Positions 1 to 13,815 of a stretch of DNA of 64,000 nucleotides are shown here, piece by piece (the first letter of the stretch is position 1; each line of letters opens with the position of its first letter). The translations under genes and the position numbers were made by a program. The DNA comes from Octopus sinensis (taxonomy: Eukaryota): contig NC_042999.1 in the NCBI RefSeq assembly GCF_006345805.1, forward strand, positions 53,940,001 to 54,004,000, read 5' to 3'. The notes under the pieces are model-generated. The model saw only the letters and a list, made by a program, of their open reading frames with translations, was not told the DNA's origin and searched no databases.

Positions 1-1909
1 GGAAAAATAACCATCCAGAGTTACGTTCCTTTGCCCGTTCGAATCAGAATTAATATGGTTGGTGTAAATATATTTAACGAGAAGGTCAAAACCTGTGAAA
101 CTACTTTTTAATTCTTAATGATTTCTTGTTTTTGTTTTCGTTTTTACATTTACCAACTTATCGTCCTTTTTAAGTTTGTTTTTTTCAAACAGTAACGCCC
201 TTTCTCGTTTTGGTTTTCAAGAACGACCAGCTATGTTGTATATTTGAATCTGAATTATTTCTAGGAAACACAAAATTAGTGATACAAGCTTGTCAGATTA
301 TTGTTTTCACAGCATGAAACTAATGGTGGCTTGAATTTATATGCCGTACCGTACAATTTAAATGATATTTATCTCTCAATGGATAGAATCTTTTTGTGTT
401 GATCTCATCAAAAATGTTACAGTGAATCATATGTGTGTGTTTATGAGTATGTGTCTGTTTATGAATATGTGTGTGTGTGTGTGTGTTTGTGTGTGTTTGT
501 GTTACAGGAACATCCTCGTATGATAACAGATAAACGGTGACACATGCATTCGAATTCCCTACTAGAAATCGCATAAACTCACACCTGCTGCTGCTGCTGC
601 TGCTGGGAAATTTCACGTGCTGGGTGTGAGTTTTCCATGATGGTATTTTATATCATAGTCCTCTATCTCAATGATATTGAGCTCTAATTTTTCTGTTGTT
701 ACACAAGTGCTCTATCGTAATATATAATATATATGGATGTATTTATATATATATATATAAGATTTTAGAATACAAACACATAGAAAATGAATAAATATTT
801 CCTTCTCTTATAAAAAAAATGTATTGTGATATTCCGCGGGGTACAAATCTACAAACTGTGTAGGACAAAGCAGTGTCTTCATTTCATGATACCAAAGAAA
901 CCTTTTGGCTAATCTGGCAGATGGAACAAGAATGTTATCTTTGTCCTCTGCCAGTATGGTATGAAAATCTATTGTGTAACGAGAAGAATGTATTTCTACG
1001 TTCTTACTTTCTTTTTCTTTCTTTTTATTTTTTGTATATTATTCAGAGATACATTGTCGAGAATGAATAGCTCAACATTTTGACAACACACGCACCACCA
1101 CCGTCCTACACCCATTTGCACATCATTACACAACAACCAATAAACTGCTTTGCCGATTCTAGGTACCATTCTTTGTATATTTATTTCTTATCTTTCCTGG
1201 AATCCGTTATAGACATCTGGGAGTCGAGGAATCTTCATTCGTCCAAGAAATTCTATTTCTTTTCTCTGTGCATTCGATAAAATATTTCCTGTCAGTAATA
1301 ACATTTTTTTTTTATTTCCGTGTTCGATTTATACGGCATTCACATACAAACCCACCAAACACATTCAGAATATTTTTACGGCCCTTCTTTCTGCATTTTA
1401 TCCGTTGCAGGGTATTTCTCTTACTAACAAACGAATGCATCGTTTCTTACGCCACAAACAAATCTAATGAGACTACCCTCATACTCTAAACTCGACACCT
1501 TATTAATCTAACAATTTCACTACCGTCGGCTTCGGAGCCCTCAGCATATATTTATCGATTATCTCTGAGAAGAAAAAGGTGTGCTTTCTGTGTTTTTGTT
1601 TTAATTTCATTTTCCGTGTCCTAATTCTCGATAGTTTATTATAAAATGAGAGAACACTTTCAGTCTGGAAGATTCCTATATTTATTTCAGTTTGGTGGAC
1701 AATCAATGACTAAAATAGATAAATAATTGGCCTTGCATGATTTATCAATAAATATTAAAAAATAACATGAGTGAAAGAATATGTTTGTGCAGTTTGACAA
1801 AAAAATAATAATGAAGGAGAAATGGTGGAGTGAAGAAGAAAGAAACAAATGATAGCAAAAGAACAAAAAGTAAAATAAGTTTTTACTAATTACATAAATA
1901 TTACATATA

Positions 1910-1952
<43 letters not shown>

Positions 1953-2345
1953 GAGAGAGATACTTGTACACACACACACAACACACACATATATATGTGT
2001 GTGTGTGTGTGTGTATGTGTACGTATATGCGTGTATGTAGATAAATAGGTAGATTGGTATATGCACAGATGCAAATGATATCGATATTGATACAAATGTA
2101 TATATGTATGTGCGTATATATAGGTTTCCAATTATATATGTGTATGTATGTGTGTATGTGTGCGCATGCGGATGCGAGTGTGTGTGCGTGTGTGTGTGTT
2201 TGTATACATATGTGTACGTTGTACTTTTGCGTAGTAGTGTGTAAAATACATTCATAAATATTTTATATACGTTTGTGAATATATATGTGTATATGTGCGT
2301 ATGTGTGTATATGTGTGTATATGTGTGTGCATGTATGCAAGTGCG

Positions 2346-2399
<54 letters not shown>

Positions 2400-2432
2400 C
2401 ATAGATAGATAGATAGATAGATAGGTAGATAA

Positions 2433-2500
<68 letters not shown>

Positions 2501-3280
2501 CTAGTGATATAATATATTGTGGAAAGAATAAATTTTTTTATCAATATTTCATTTGTTTTAATACGCTGCACCAATCTCATTAACCATTCATGAAATTGTT
2601 TTGCAGTATCAGAAGAATAAAACTTAAAAGATTGATTATTTATGAGGTAGATATGTGTGGAAACTGCAATATAAATCTCATATTTTGTAACAGAATACAA
2701 TATTCATGACAACGCCAATGTGACTTCACTAGAGTTATATGTGTGCACGTATGTGAGAATAATTCATATGTATATATGTATTATATCATTAGGTTCTGTC
2801 CGAGAGCCACGAATATCCTGGGGCAGCATTGTAAGAGATAAAAACCCGAATTCCGACTAAGAGCAATTCATCATCATCAATTACAATAATTTTAATTTTT
2901 CTACAGGTGCTGGAATTATTGCGACTGTCGGCACCAGACTTGCCCTCCGGTCTACACTTCAACAGAAGGTGTATTTTCAATACACCTACATACATTTGTC
3001 AACAGATCTTGCATTCTGCCGAACAGTCTCTCATAAGGAATAATCTGAGAACAGTTCGACAAGTTTCGACAGCATATTTCCGATTAGGCAGAGGAACAGG
3101 ATGACTCTGCTAATGAGTCGACTATGAGCAGGTGAAACTTAGCCGACCTGCTACGGCTTTGGGGTTTGACTACTGTATGTATTTACACTAAGAAACTGAA
3201 TTTATATTTGTGAAAATCTCTTGTTTACGCACATACTCATAACATAACCAATCACCACGAAGTCATTACCTTACCTTAGT

Positions 3281-3323
<43 letters not shown>

Positions 3324-4767
3324 TATGTATGTGTGTGTAAGTGTATATATGTATATATATATATATGTATGCATTTATGTATGTGTGTATACATATATAT
3401 AGAGAGGGACAATTATTTCGTTTTTGTATTTGATTTACAAGATTCTTTGTGTGAATTCGTGTGTTGAAGCATATTTTATTCTCTTTTGATGCCTTATTAT
3501 TTAACATACCCACCTGTTCGATTTCCACTCATTCACTTATTTTAAATTAGTAACTGCAGTGTATTTGTCTGTGACAAACACATTTCAACTAACCTAAATT
3601 GTGAATATATATATATATATATATATATTATGATGCTTTAAAAAACAACTGACTCCTTTTCTTGCGTTTTAAGTTTTTTCTAAAAATCCAGAAGAGATGT
3701 TTCTGTTTACCTCAGCTAAACAATGCACGTGACTGTTCTCTCTGTAGACGCAGAAGTCTACAGTTTTCCCTTTGGGGTATTTATTCTCATGTGTTATTTC
3801 CATTCGATGTCTAAAATACTGACAGCATCATTGCAGAATCCAAGTAACCGACTCTACTGAGTGGGATCGATTTAAGCTCGTTTTTTTTTTTCTTCATCTT
3901 TATTCTTCCCTATTATTTTATAAATCACTCTTCATTGATAAAGCAGATCTAATGCTGCCATTGTATCATTGAGACGTTAACTTGCCTCGATATTATAAGA
4001 GAGAGAGAGAGACAGGCAGACAGACAGAGACAGAGACAGAGAGAGAGAGTGAGAGAGAGAGAGAGAGAGAAATTCTACACAGCTACCAAGATGGTGATGT
4101 TTTCCGTGCAGCTATATCTAACTAATTAACGAACATTTACAATGTTTTTAATTGAACAGCTTGTGGTATATGTGATTGATTGAGAAATTCTTTTTATGGC
4201 CGTTTCTATCCATGTTAGATTAACGTGAATACTAAAAGCGCGTGTTTAAGCAGAAAACGTTTTTGTTTTTTACTATGTTTTTCTGCAAGATTTGTTTTCT
4301 GTTTTGCAGTTTTCCTTAAAAACCATTTCCTCTTAATGCATCAGTAATTGTTCAGTGTAATTAATTATTTTTTTCATGCAATATATGAGATATTTCGTTA
4401 ATTTTGTTGATTGCAACTGATGGAATTGTTATTGGATGGTTAAAATGTCTATTGACGGATTGCAGGTCTTCATTCGGCTGTGTGTAAGGACGGTACTTGG
4501 AAGAGGTTACGTAGCTTAATTTCTAAATGTTTTTAAGATGCAACGGTTTAGTTCGGTCGGTAGGATTTAAATGGATTCGTTTCACTGTTACAATTAAGTT
4601 TTTGCTATATCTATAGCCGTCCGTGTAGAACACTACGATAAGCCCACTGTCTCCGTACAGCCCTATAATAAACTTGCATTTTGCTGGAAGATTCCACCAC
4701 TCTTAATGATATTAACATTAGCAGCTTCAGAAACCAGATTGACAAACATTTCTGTGTTTGTTTGGGT

Positions 4768-5400
4768 AAGTTAAGTTAAGTTAATTTTTTGGCTCAAAAA
4801 AGCAAAAAGCAAGGCCATGTAGGGGGACATGGAGTTATGTACAAGGAGGGTCTTCATGCAAAGAGTTCAGGCCATTTCTGGTCAAGAGAGACTTTGAACC
4901 GAGCGGTTGTCGGCATCTTCACTATCTCATCCGGCAGTTTATTCCACGGATTCGCAACCCAGACGGAGAAAGCCACTCTCCGATTGACATGAAATTGTCG
5001 CAGATAGAGCTTTTCGGAGTGACCCCGCAGCCGACGCTCTGGAGCAGGAGTGAAGAACAGCTCCTTCGAGAGGTTACACTTTCCGCTTATGATGTTGTGA
5101 GCAAGAATGAGATCACCACGGCGTCGTCGTTTTTCTGAAGAATAAAGGTCGAGCGTCTTCAGCCTTTCTTCATAAGACAAATGCTTGAGACCAAGAACCA
5201 TGTGGGTAGCCAGCTTCTGGACTCTTTCGAGGTGATGTATGTCTTTGAAGAGATAAGGAGAAGAGGCTTGAATCCCGTTCTCCAATATGGGTCTCACCAG
5301 CGTGACATAGAGCGGTAGGAATATGGCTGCTGTGAGCATTCCGAATGACCGTCAAATCAAAAACAATGCATTCGAATTGTCCAGCCTGTAAATTTAACAA
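4768..5400 (-). mobile_element. CR1-group LINE 3' fragment (RT C-terminal region, 3' UTR, (TAACT)n tail)
   Basis: ORF 4854..5339 reads LYVTLVRPILE..SPY..DIHHLERVQKLAT..LSYEERLKTLDLYS.EKRRRRGDLI..WNKLP, typical of the CR1/L2 ORF2 C-terminus. A short tandem tail lies at 4768-4785. Confidence 0.9.
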
Positions 5401-6492
5401 ACTGCATTAGTATTTCCCCAAGTTCCAGGATGTCTTTTGACTAAAGATGTAATTTATTCAGAGCACTACATATGACACCAAAACCATCAACTGCTTTATA
5501 GGAGTTCAAAGAAAATGTAATACAATTTGTCGGAGATTAATGTGAAGGCTGCACAGAGTTGAAGAAACCTAAGACTTCACAATATTTAAATGGTTGTAGC
5601 TTTCTGCATTCTAAATGTTAGGCTTCACTTCATTATGTATTTTTATCATCATAAGTGAGAAAATTATTTATTTATTGATCATCAGTTTCTGAGCAACACA
5701 GGCAGTATTATTCTTCGCCTGTTATGCTGTTTGTGTTTTAACTATTTCATCGCAATAAGAATATTCAAACGATCTGTTCCTGTATCAAGAAAGGTGTTAT
5801 TCCCCGGTCACAAGTCAACCAAACAAATCTTCCATCTCCTCCCTTCTCGGCTTTGCATGAAAGAAATTCATTAGAACTGGTAAGTGAAATACATATTTTC
5901 ACTGGAATTTACCTGTAGTTCCGTATGGAATTTTTCTAAAGGCAATCACCGATAGTCCTTCACAAGTCAGAAATAAGATTCAGTCAGTCAGTTTCCTTCA
6001 AAAGGGTTTTCTTTTGAAGTGAAGTAACAGATGTTGTTATGAATTAGAAGGAAAAGGGGTCGAGGGGTCGACCGTTTACAAGCAAAAGAAAAGGAGATCT
6101 AGAGATTTCCTGATGTTCTGAAATCAGAATGCAAATATACGTCGACAGATTTAATACCACTCGATGGTCCTTAAGTAAATTTAATGTACACAATATTGCT
6201 AGCGTACTCAACACTGTTTGAGTACACAATACTACCAGCGTTTCAGCCAGGTGACGGCTCCAAAGATGACCACATTACCTTTCACCTAACAGCTTCAGAA
6301 TCCCTGAAGTGGTCAGATGAGCAGTCCGTCTTCAAGATAAATTATTTCAAAGGAACCACATTTCACAGTAGTACACACATATTCACACATCACACACACA
6401 TATATACATGCATATATGTGTGTGGGCGCACGCGTACGTATGTATGTATACACATATGTATGTATACATGTATATTATAGGTATATATATAT

Positions 6493-6870
6493 AGGCGCAG
6501 GAGTGGCTGTGTGGTAAGACGCCTCATGGTTCCAGGTTCAGTCCCACTGAGTGGCACGTTGAACACGTGTCTTCTACTATAGCCTCGGGACGACCAAAGC
6601 CTTGTGAGTGGATCTAATAGACGGAAACTGAAAGAAGCCCGTCAAATATATATATATCGTACGTATTTGAGTGTCTGTGTTTGCCCCCCCCACCCCCAAC
6701 CATCGCTTGACAACCTATGTCGGTGTATTTATGTCCCCGTATCTTAGGGGTTCGGCAAAGGAGACCGATAGAATAAGTACAAAGACTAAGTCCCGGGATC
6801 GATGTGTTCGACTGAAGGCGGTACCCCAGCATGACCGTAGTCAGATGACTAAAATAAGTAAAACAATAAA
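6493..6870 (+). mobile_element. tRNA-derived CORE-like SINE (family A)
   Basis: tRNA-like head, degenerate CORE-like block (ggcacgttgaacacgtgtctt), internal (TA)n and a GGCGGTACCCCAGCATG tail. Many copies of this family occur in the window. Confidence 0.85.
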
Positions 6871-6894
6871 GAATATACATACAATATATATATA

Positions 6895-7446
6895 CGAGGA
6901 TGAGTTACAAAGTAATGCCATTTTGTTTAGTACAGGTAAAATTACCAACACAGGAACATGTACCATACATCAAAATGAAGCTGATCCGCTGTAGATCACA
7001 TCCCTACTTCTCAACATAGTCACCGTTTCTCTCAATAGCAATGTTCCACCTTCGAATGAGAGCATGTATCCATGTACCGTAAAATTCTGTTGACTGTTCT
7101 TAGAGCCACTTCTTCACTTCCACCACACTCACCAGATTTAGCGCTTTCAGACTATCATCTCTTCGGCGCCACGAAAGAGGGTTTGAGAGGCAAACATTAT
7201 TCCATTGACGAGGAAGTGAAAACTGTAGTGAAGTGGCCCAAAGAACAGTCAGCAGAATTTTACGGGGCAGGGATACATGCTCTCATTCGAAGGCGGAACA
7301 TTGTTATTGAGAGAAACGGTGACTGTTGGAAAGTAGGGATATGATCCACAGAGGACCAGCTTCATATTGATGTATGATACATGTTCCTGTGTTGGTAATT
7401 ATACCTGTCCTAAACAAAATGGCATTACTTTTTTTACTCACCTTCG
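6895..7446. mobile_element. Mariner-derived fold-back MITE with TA target duplication
   Basis: TA flanks at 6893-6894 and 7447-7448. The left arm is the reverse complement of the right arm. The interior encodes the mariner C-terminal motif PPHSPDLALSDYHLF (ORF 7072..7344). Confidence 0.85.
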
Positions 7447-8314
7447 TATGTATATCAATATGCGTGTGCGTATGTGTGTTCATTTACAGAATGACAATCA
7501 ATACAAAATGGGATTTCGATACCTGGGTCGAGGTGAATCGAATCTACTTCTCTTGACATTTATTGTTCGGTTGATAAGATGTCATAACGCAAATTTCCTT
7601 CTCAAGGTTACTCTTAAAGATAAGAAACCTTACGTAATGGCATCCTCTTCCCCCACCCCTCTTGACCCGCGAAAAACTGACAGATACAGAGGGCAGCATC
7701 ATAATGCAGCAGTTAGTTTATTTATCACCGAATATATGAATGGCTAAGTTGACCTTGACGGGATTTGTACGAAGTGGTGGTTATTCCCATCCTGATAAAT
7801 ATGCGTATGTATATTTATAAACACACACATACACACAAATACACACGTGCACACACAGAACACACATACACATACACAAACACGCACACACAAGACATGC
7901 ACATACAAACACACACAAATACACAAACACATGTACACATACAAAACACACGTACACACACACACACAAGACACACATACAAACACACACACAAACACAT
8001 ACACACGAACGCACGCAAATACTCATACACACAAATACAGACGACAACACACAAACACATACGCAAATACACACACACACACGCAAACACACTCATACTC
8101 ACGCACATTCACACGCACACACAAGCACATACTCACGCACATTCACACGCACACACAAGCACATACACACACACTCACACACACATCGAGGGATAGTGAA
8201 AGTAAAAGAGTGAATAGAGAGGGAAAGGTATTTTTGTTGGGTCAATTGAGTTAGTCGTTATTAAAATAGTGCTGATACCGATGTAGATAATGATGGTGTT
8301 GCTGATAATGACGG

Positions 8315-8735
8315 TGTTGATAATGCTGGCGGCGGCGGTGGTGGTGGTGGTGGTGGTGGTGGTGGTGGCGGTGGTGGCGGCGGTGGCGGTGGTAGTGGTG
8401 GCGGCGGCGGTGGCGATGGTGGTGGTGGTTATGGTTGTGGTGGTGGTTGTAGTGGTGGTGGTGTTTGTGGTGGTGGTGGTGGTGGTGGTGGTGATGGTGA
8501 TGTTGATGGTGGTGGCGGCGGTGGTGGTGGTGGTGGTGGTTGGTGGTGGTGGTGGTGGTGGTGGTGGTGGTGGTGGAGGTGTGGTGGCGGCGGCGGCGGC
8601 GGCGATGGTGGTGGTGGCGGCGGCGGCGGCGGTGGCGGTGGTGACGGTGGTGGTGGTGGTGGTGGTGGTGGTGGTGGCGGCGGCGGTGGCGGTGGCGACG
8701 GTGGTGACGGTGGTGGTGGTGGTGGTGGTGGTGGT

Positions 8736-8782
<47 letters not shown>

Positions 8783-8850
8783 GTGGTGGTGGCGGCGGCG
8801 GCGGTGGTGGTGGCGGTGGTGGTGGTGGTGGTGGTGGTGGTGGTGGTGTT
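8315..8850. repeat. (GGT/GGC)n trinucleotide array
   Basis: Directly visible. It explains the poly-V/G/A/H ORFs. Confidence 0.95.
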
Positions 8851-8859
8851 CTTACGTAG

Positions 8860-9326
8860 CAGCAAGCTGAAGAAACGGGGCGGGGGGGAGGGGGGGCGCA
8901 GCACAGCTTCGACGGACGTCATGGCGGAGGCGATGGGTATAAGCGTAAATTTCAATGTTACGGATGTTGAGAAGTAAGCGGAAGCGGGAGCGGGAGTGGT
9001 GGGTGGTGGGTGGTGGGTGGCGGTGCGGTGGACGAACACGTTCTGTTTAAGTAAGATCGATAAACTAAAACCAGGTATTTCTTTTGAATATCTGCTATCA
9101 GAACAAATTATTTCAGCTGTTTCTTTGCAAAAGAGATAGAGGTGGGGCATGCAGCCGGCCTGGTCTGGTTCTTACGCTTCTTTTCAATCGCTTGTTGCGA
9201 ATAAAGTGAAAAGATGAAAGCAGAATGGAGGAAAAAGTGAGTTTGCAAAGGAGCTGTTTCAGTTGCACAAACGGCTCTGTGATTGGCTGAAATTATAGAT
9301 TTGGCCCGCACGCTAACAACTTCTAC

Positions 9327-9330
<4 letters not shown>
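8860..9330 (+). promoter_or_regulatory. CpG-rich promoter-like island with a candidate first exon (ATG 8921 to donor after 8973)
   Basis: GC box GGGGCGGGG ~8877, GACGTCAT, ATGGCGG (YY1-like), CGGAAG, and GATTGGCTG (reverse CCAAT) ~9281. Several + strand donor-like sites follow (GTAAGC 8974, GTAAGA ~9050, GTGAGT ~9237). Confidence 0.4.
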
Positions 9331-9405
<75 letters not shown>

Positions 9406-9503
9406 GGTGGTGGTGGTGGTTGTGGTGATGGTGGTGGAGATGGTGGTGGTGGTGGTGGTGGCGGTGGTGTTAGTAGCAGTGGTGGTAGTAGTAGTAGTAG
9501 TAA

Positions 9504-9538
<35 letters not shown>

Positions 9539-9579
9539 GCAGTATTAGTAGCAGCAGCAGCAGTAGCAGCAGCAGCAGT

Positions 9580-9611
<32 letters not shown>

Positions 9612-9743
9612 TAGTAGTAGTTGTAGTAGTAGTAGTAGTAGTAATGGTGGTGGTGGTGGTGGCAGGTGATGGTGATGGTGGTGGAGATGGTGGTGGTGGT
9701 GTTAGTAGTAGTGGTGGTAGTAGTAGTAATGGTGGTGGTGCTG

Positions 9744-9784
<41 letters not shown>

Positions 9785-9785
9785 T

Positions 9786-9837
<52 letters not shown>

Positions 9838-9860
9838 CAGCAGTAGTAGTAGTAGTAGTA
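9328..9860. repeat. Compound (AGT)/(GGT)/(AGC) array
   Basis: Directly visible. Confidence 0.95.
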
Positions 9861-10311
9861 CATTGTCAGTAAATATAGAAATTGAGAATTGAGAATTGTA
9901 CTTTCAAGTTTTTCTAAACGATATTACAAAAGTTTTAGCCCCAGGCAGGCAAGAGCTGATTATATAAACTATACTGTCACAGAGAGATAAATGCAATGGT
10001 TTAATGGAGTTTCTTTAAAACAGAGACGAGACAATGCAGGAAATAGCAGCTATTATCTCGTAACTGAGATGATCCCCTAAATGCATGTAGAAACACGAGA
10101 TCAGGTTTTATCCATCCTATTGATATTACTGGTCAATATTACTGTGCCTTATCTCCTGAATCACCTTTAATCATTCTTATTTGACTTTTGATGCTGCTTA
10201 CAAGTGAAGAGAATTTTCTACCTGACAATACATTGAAATGCATCAGTCATTTCCGGGAATAGCAACCTTTAACTCGGATGTAATCAAATTTATTAAGCAT
10301 GTCTTAGATCT

Positions 10312-10952
<641 letters not shown>

Positions 10953-11344
10953 ATTAGGGAGATAATTCACATGGGGGAGTAATTTAAAGCTTAACCCATT
11001 AGACATGTTGTGGCTGCTACTATAACAGTTTAAACTACGACCCCAGCCACTACCTTTACCATCACCACTCGACATACTTTATGGGGTGAAATGTATCTCC
11101 TTTATTTTCAAGCAAATATCTTTTGGTAGCTAAAACTCAGCCATCAACTGTTTGCGAGTTCTTTGTTGCTAAAGATGTTTCTTGAAAGATCTTGTAACCC
11201 TACGCTGCCCTGGCATCATTCGCTGCACAAGATGCTGTTACGATCAGGGGATACTTGATCAACAGCACGCCAGCCATGACCATCTCTCTTTTAAAGTACA
11301 ACAAAGACTACAACGTCCACTGTTCTTTCTGTTTTAAGACAGTA

Positions 11345-11555
11345 CTCTTTTACTCTTTTACTTGTTTCAGTCATTTGACTGTGGCCATGCTGGAGCACCG
11401 CCTTTAGTCGAGGAAATCGACCCCAAGACTTATTCTTTGTAAGCCTAGTACTTATTCTATCGTTCTCTTTATCCGAACCGCTAAGTTACGGGGACGTAAA
11501 CAAACCACCATCGGTTATCAAGTGATGTTGGGGGAACAAACACAGACACACACAA

Positions 11556-11586
<31 letters not shown>

Positions 11587-11770
11587 GATTCCATTTTTAA
11601 ATGGCGGTGCCCCAGCATGGCCACAGCTCGTGAGCTGAAACTAGAATCAATCAATCAATCATATACATATATACGACGGGCTTCTTTCAGTTTCCGTCTA
11701 CCAAATCCACTCACAATACTTTGGTCAGCCCAAGGCTATAGTAGAAGACTCTTGCCCAAGGTGCCACACA
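11345..11770 (-). mobile_element. SINE family A, 5'-truncated, with a LINE-tail stub nested at 11587-11660
   Basis: Family A 3' and central segments in reverse. The nested + strand piece matches the LINE tail at 41262-41308. Confidence 0.8.
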
Positions 11771-12384
11771 GCCTACAGTAGGTAGGATTTGAGAGATATT
11801 TGGCTGCTATGTCTAACAGATCTAGTGACCACCTACAGTCGGCTGACTGGGCAAGATCTATAGAATGTTGGTGTAATAGTTCTTAGTAATGCAGAAATAT
11901 TCCGTTCGATGGCTTAGAGGAGAGATAAGACATACGGTTTGCTGCTATCGTTACTTTATACTGGCGTAAGATACAAATGTTATGGAAAAATATATACAAG
12001 CGTAAATGTGTGTGTACGTATGTGTGTGCGTGTGTTTGTGTGTGTGTGTGTGCGTGGATTTTACACCCGATAAATATTTACAGATATAGCTAAAGTGTTT
12101 GAGTTAACACGTGATAAGCATTTCTACGCAGGCCTTCAGTATTACTGACGTTGTAACTCTTATCAGATTTGACTGCAATTTTCTCTAACAATAACTGTGC
12201 CTATCTTCAGCGATATCGATGACGTGGCTACCGTGTATATTTAGAAGATTAAACACGCGAATAATATTGTAAGATAGAACTGAGAGAGTTTTGCAGCAGA
12301 CACTTTTCTGTGTTACACCTGCAGTATTAATCTATGTGTATGTATATCACAGCAGAAGGTCGGTCTTAGCTTGAACTGTAGGGT

Positions 12385-12712
12385 GACCCCCTTCGGTCAT
12401 GTATCACCATGGGATTGCACCTAGAGAGTTACCCTCCGAGGCACAAGTCCGGGCCAGATTGTTTATGGAAGACCAGCAGTGAGCTATGCATACCAGCCTA
12501 CCCTCTCCACACCACTGATGTTATCCAAGGGAAAGGCAAAGGGGCCGATACAGCTTGGTATCCGTGACGCTGCAGCTCATTTCTACAGCCGAGTGAACTG
12601 GAGTAACGTGAAATAAAGTGTCTTGCTCAAGAACACAACACGCAACTCGGTCCGGGAATCGAACTCACAACCTCACGATTGTAAACTCGTCGCTCTAACT
12701 ACTGAGCCATAA
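12385..12712 (-). mobile_element. tRNA-derived SINE family C
   Basis: Closely matches 27930-28262. The reverse strand has A/B boxes (TGGCTCAGTAG, GTTCGATTCCC). Confidence 0.85.
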
Positions 12713-13439
12713 TCTCTAAGGAAGACTTGTTTATGGTAATTGAAGGAGGCGAGAGGAGAGAGTGAAATTTCGTAGGAGTTGGGGGCGGAGGAAATCAGTC
12801 GATTACATCGACCCCAGTCCTCAACTGGTACTTATTTCAACGACTTCGAAAAGGACTTCGGCGGAGAAGGATCTGGAATTGATGGCCTTCATGAAGACAA
12901 GGTAAACCTAGACAGTTAATTATTATAGTAGTTGTTATGTTCGTTGTTAAGTTAAGTTAATTTTTTGGCTGGTATTGGTTTTGCTGTAGTTGTGGTACGA
13001 CTGGTGGTGGTGGGTGTGGTGGTGGTGGTAGTACTGTTAGATATGGTGGTAGTGGTGGTAGAGGTATTTTTAGTTCCTGACCCGATGCGATCGAACAGAT
13101 TACATCATCGTATATGTCGACCGTTTCTTAAAAATATTTCCATTTGACAGATGTTGCTGTTATTTCTTGCAGATGGACTGACTCCATATAAGCCTCGTCA
13201 TTGGTTCATAATCCACGAATTATTGGAGGAGCTTTAGGAATATTTAGCTAAAGCAATTGAATCTAGGGTGGCAGTGTGCGAGTGAGAATTTGGACCCGAA
13301 AAACGGTCAGTGTTTGTTGCTGATATCTATGAAAGTAGGGTGAATGATAAGGAGATCGAATCACGTACACTTCTCTTTTCAGAGAAGTCAGAATGAAGCA
13401 GGTAACCTGGACAGCACTGACGGGTTGCATTAAATTAAA

Positions 13440-13563
13440 ACGTGGCTGTGTCGTAAGAAGTTTCCTTATCACCCACATGCGTGGCACCTTGGGCAAGTGT
13501 CTCTTACTAGGCCGACCTACACTTTGTGAGTGGATTTGGAAGACGGAAACTGAAAGAATCCTG

Positions 13564-13606
<43 letters not shown>

Positions 13607-13815
13607 TGTGTGTGTATGTGCGTGTCTTTGTCACCTACTGCTGCTTGACAACTGGTGCTGGTGGGCTTACATACCCGTAACTTAGCGGTTCAGTAAAAGA
13701 GATCGGTAGAATAAATGCCAGTCTTTAAAAACGAAAAAATAATAAGTACTGGAGTTGATTGGTCTGACTAAAAATTTTCGGGACGGTGCTCCAGCATGGA
13801 CGCAGTGAAAGAGAA
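13440..13815 (+). mobile_element. SINE family A with internal (GT)n
   Basis: CORE-like GGCACCTTGGGCAAGTGTC and the family tail. Confidence 0.8.

Noticed and set aside
1513-1535. FTTVGFG, resembling a potassium-channel pore motif
   Set aside because: An in-frame stop lies immediately upstream with no acceptor, and there is no surrounding channel sequence.
8251-9150. 299 aa His/Thr/Ala-rich ORF and the overlapping poly-V/G ORFs
   Set aside because: These are translations of pure (GGT/GGC)n arrays, open in several frames on both strands, with no signal peptide or codon diversity. They are not like the genuine His/Gly-rich cephalopod structural proteins.
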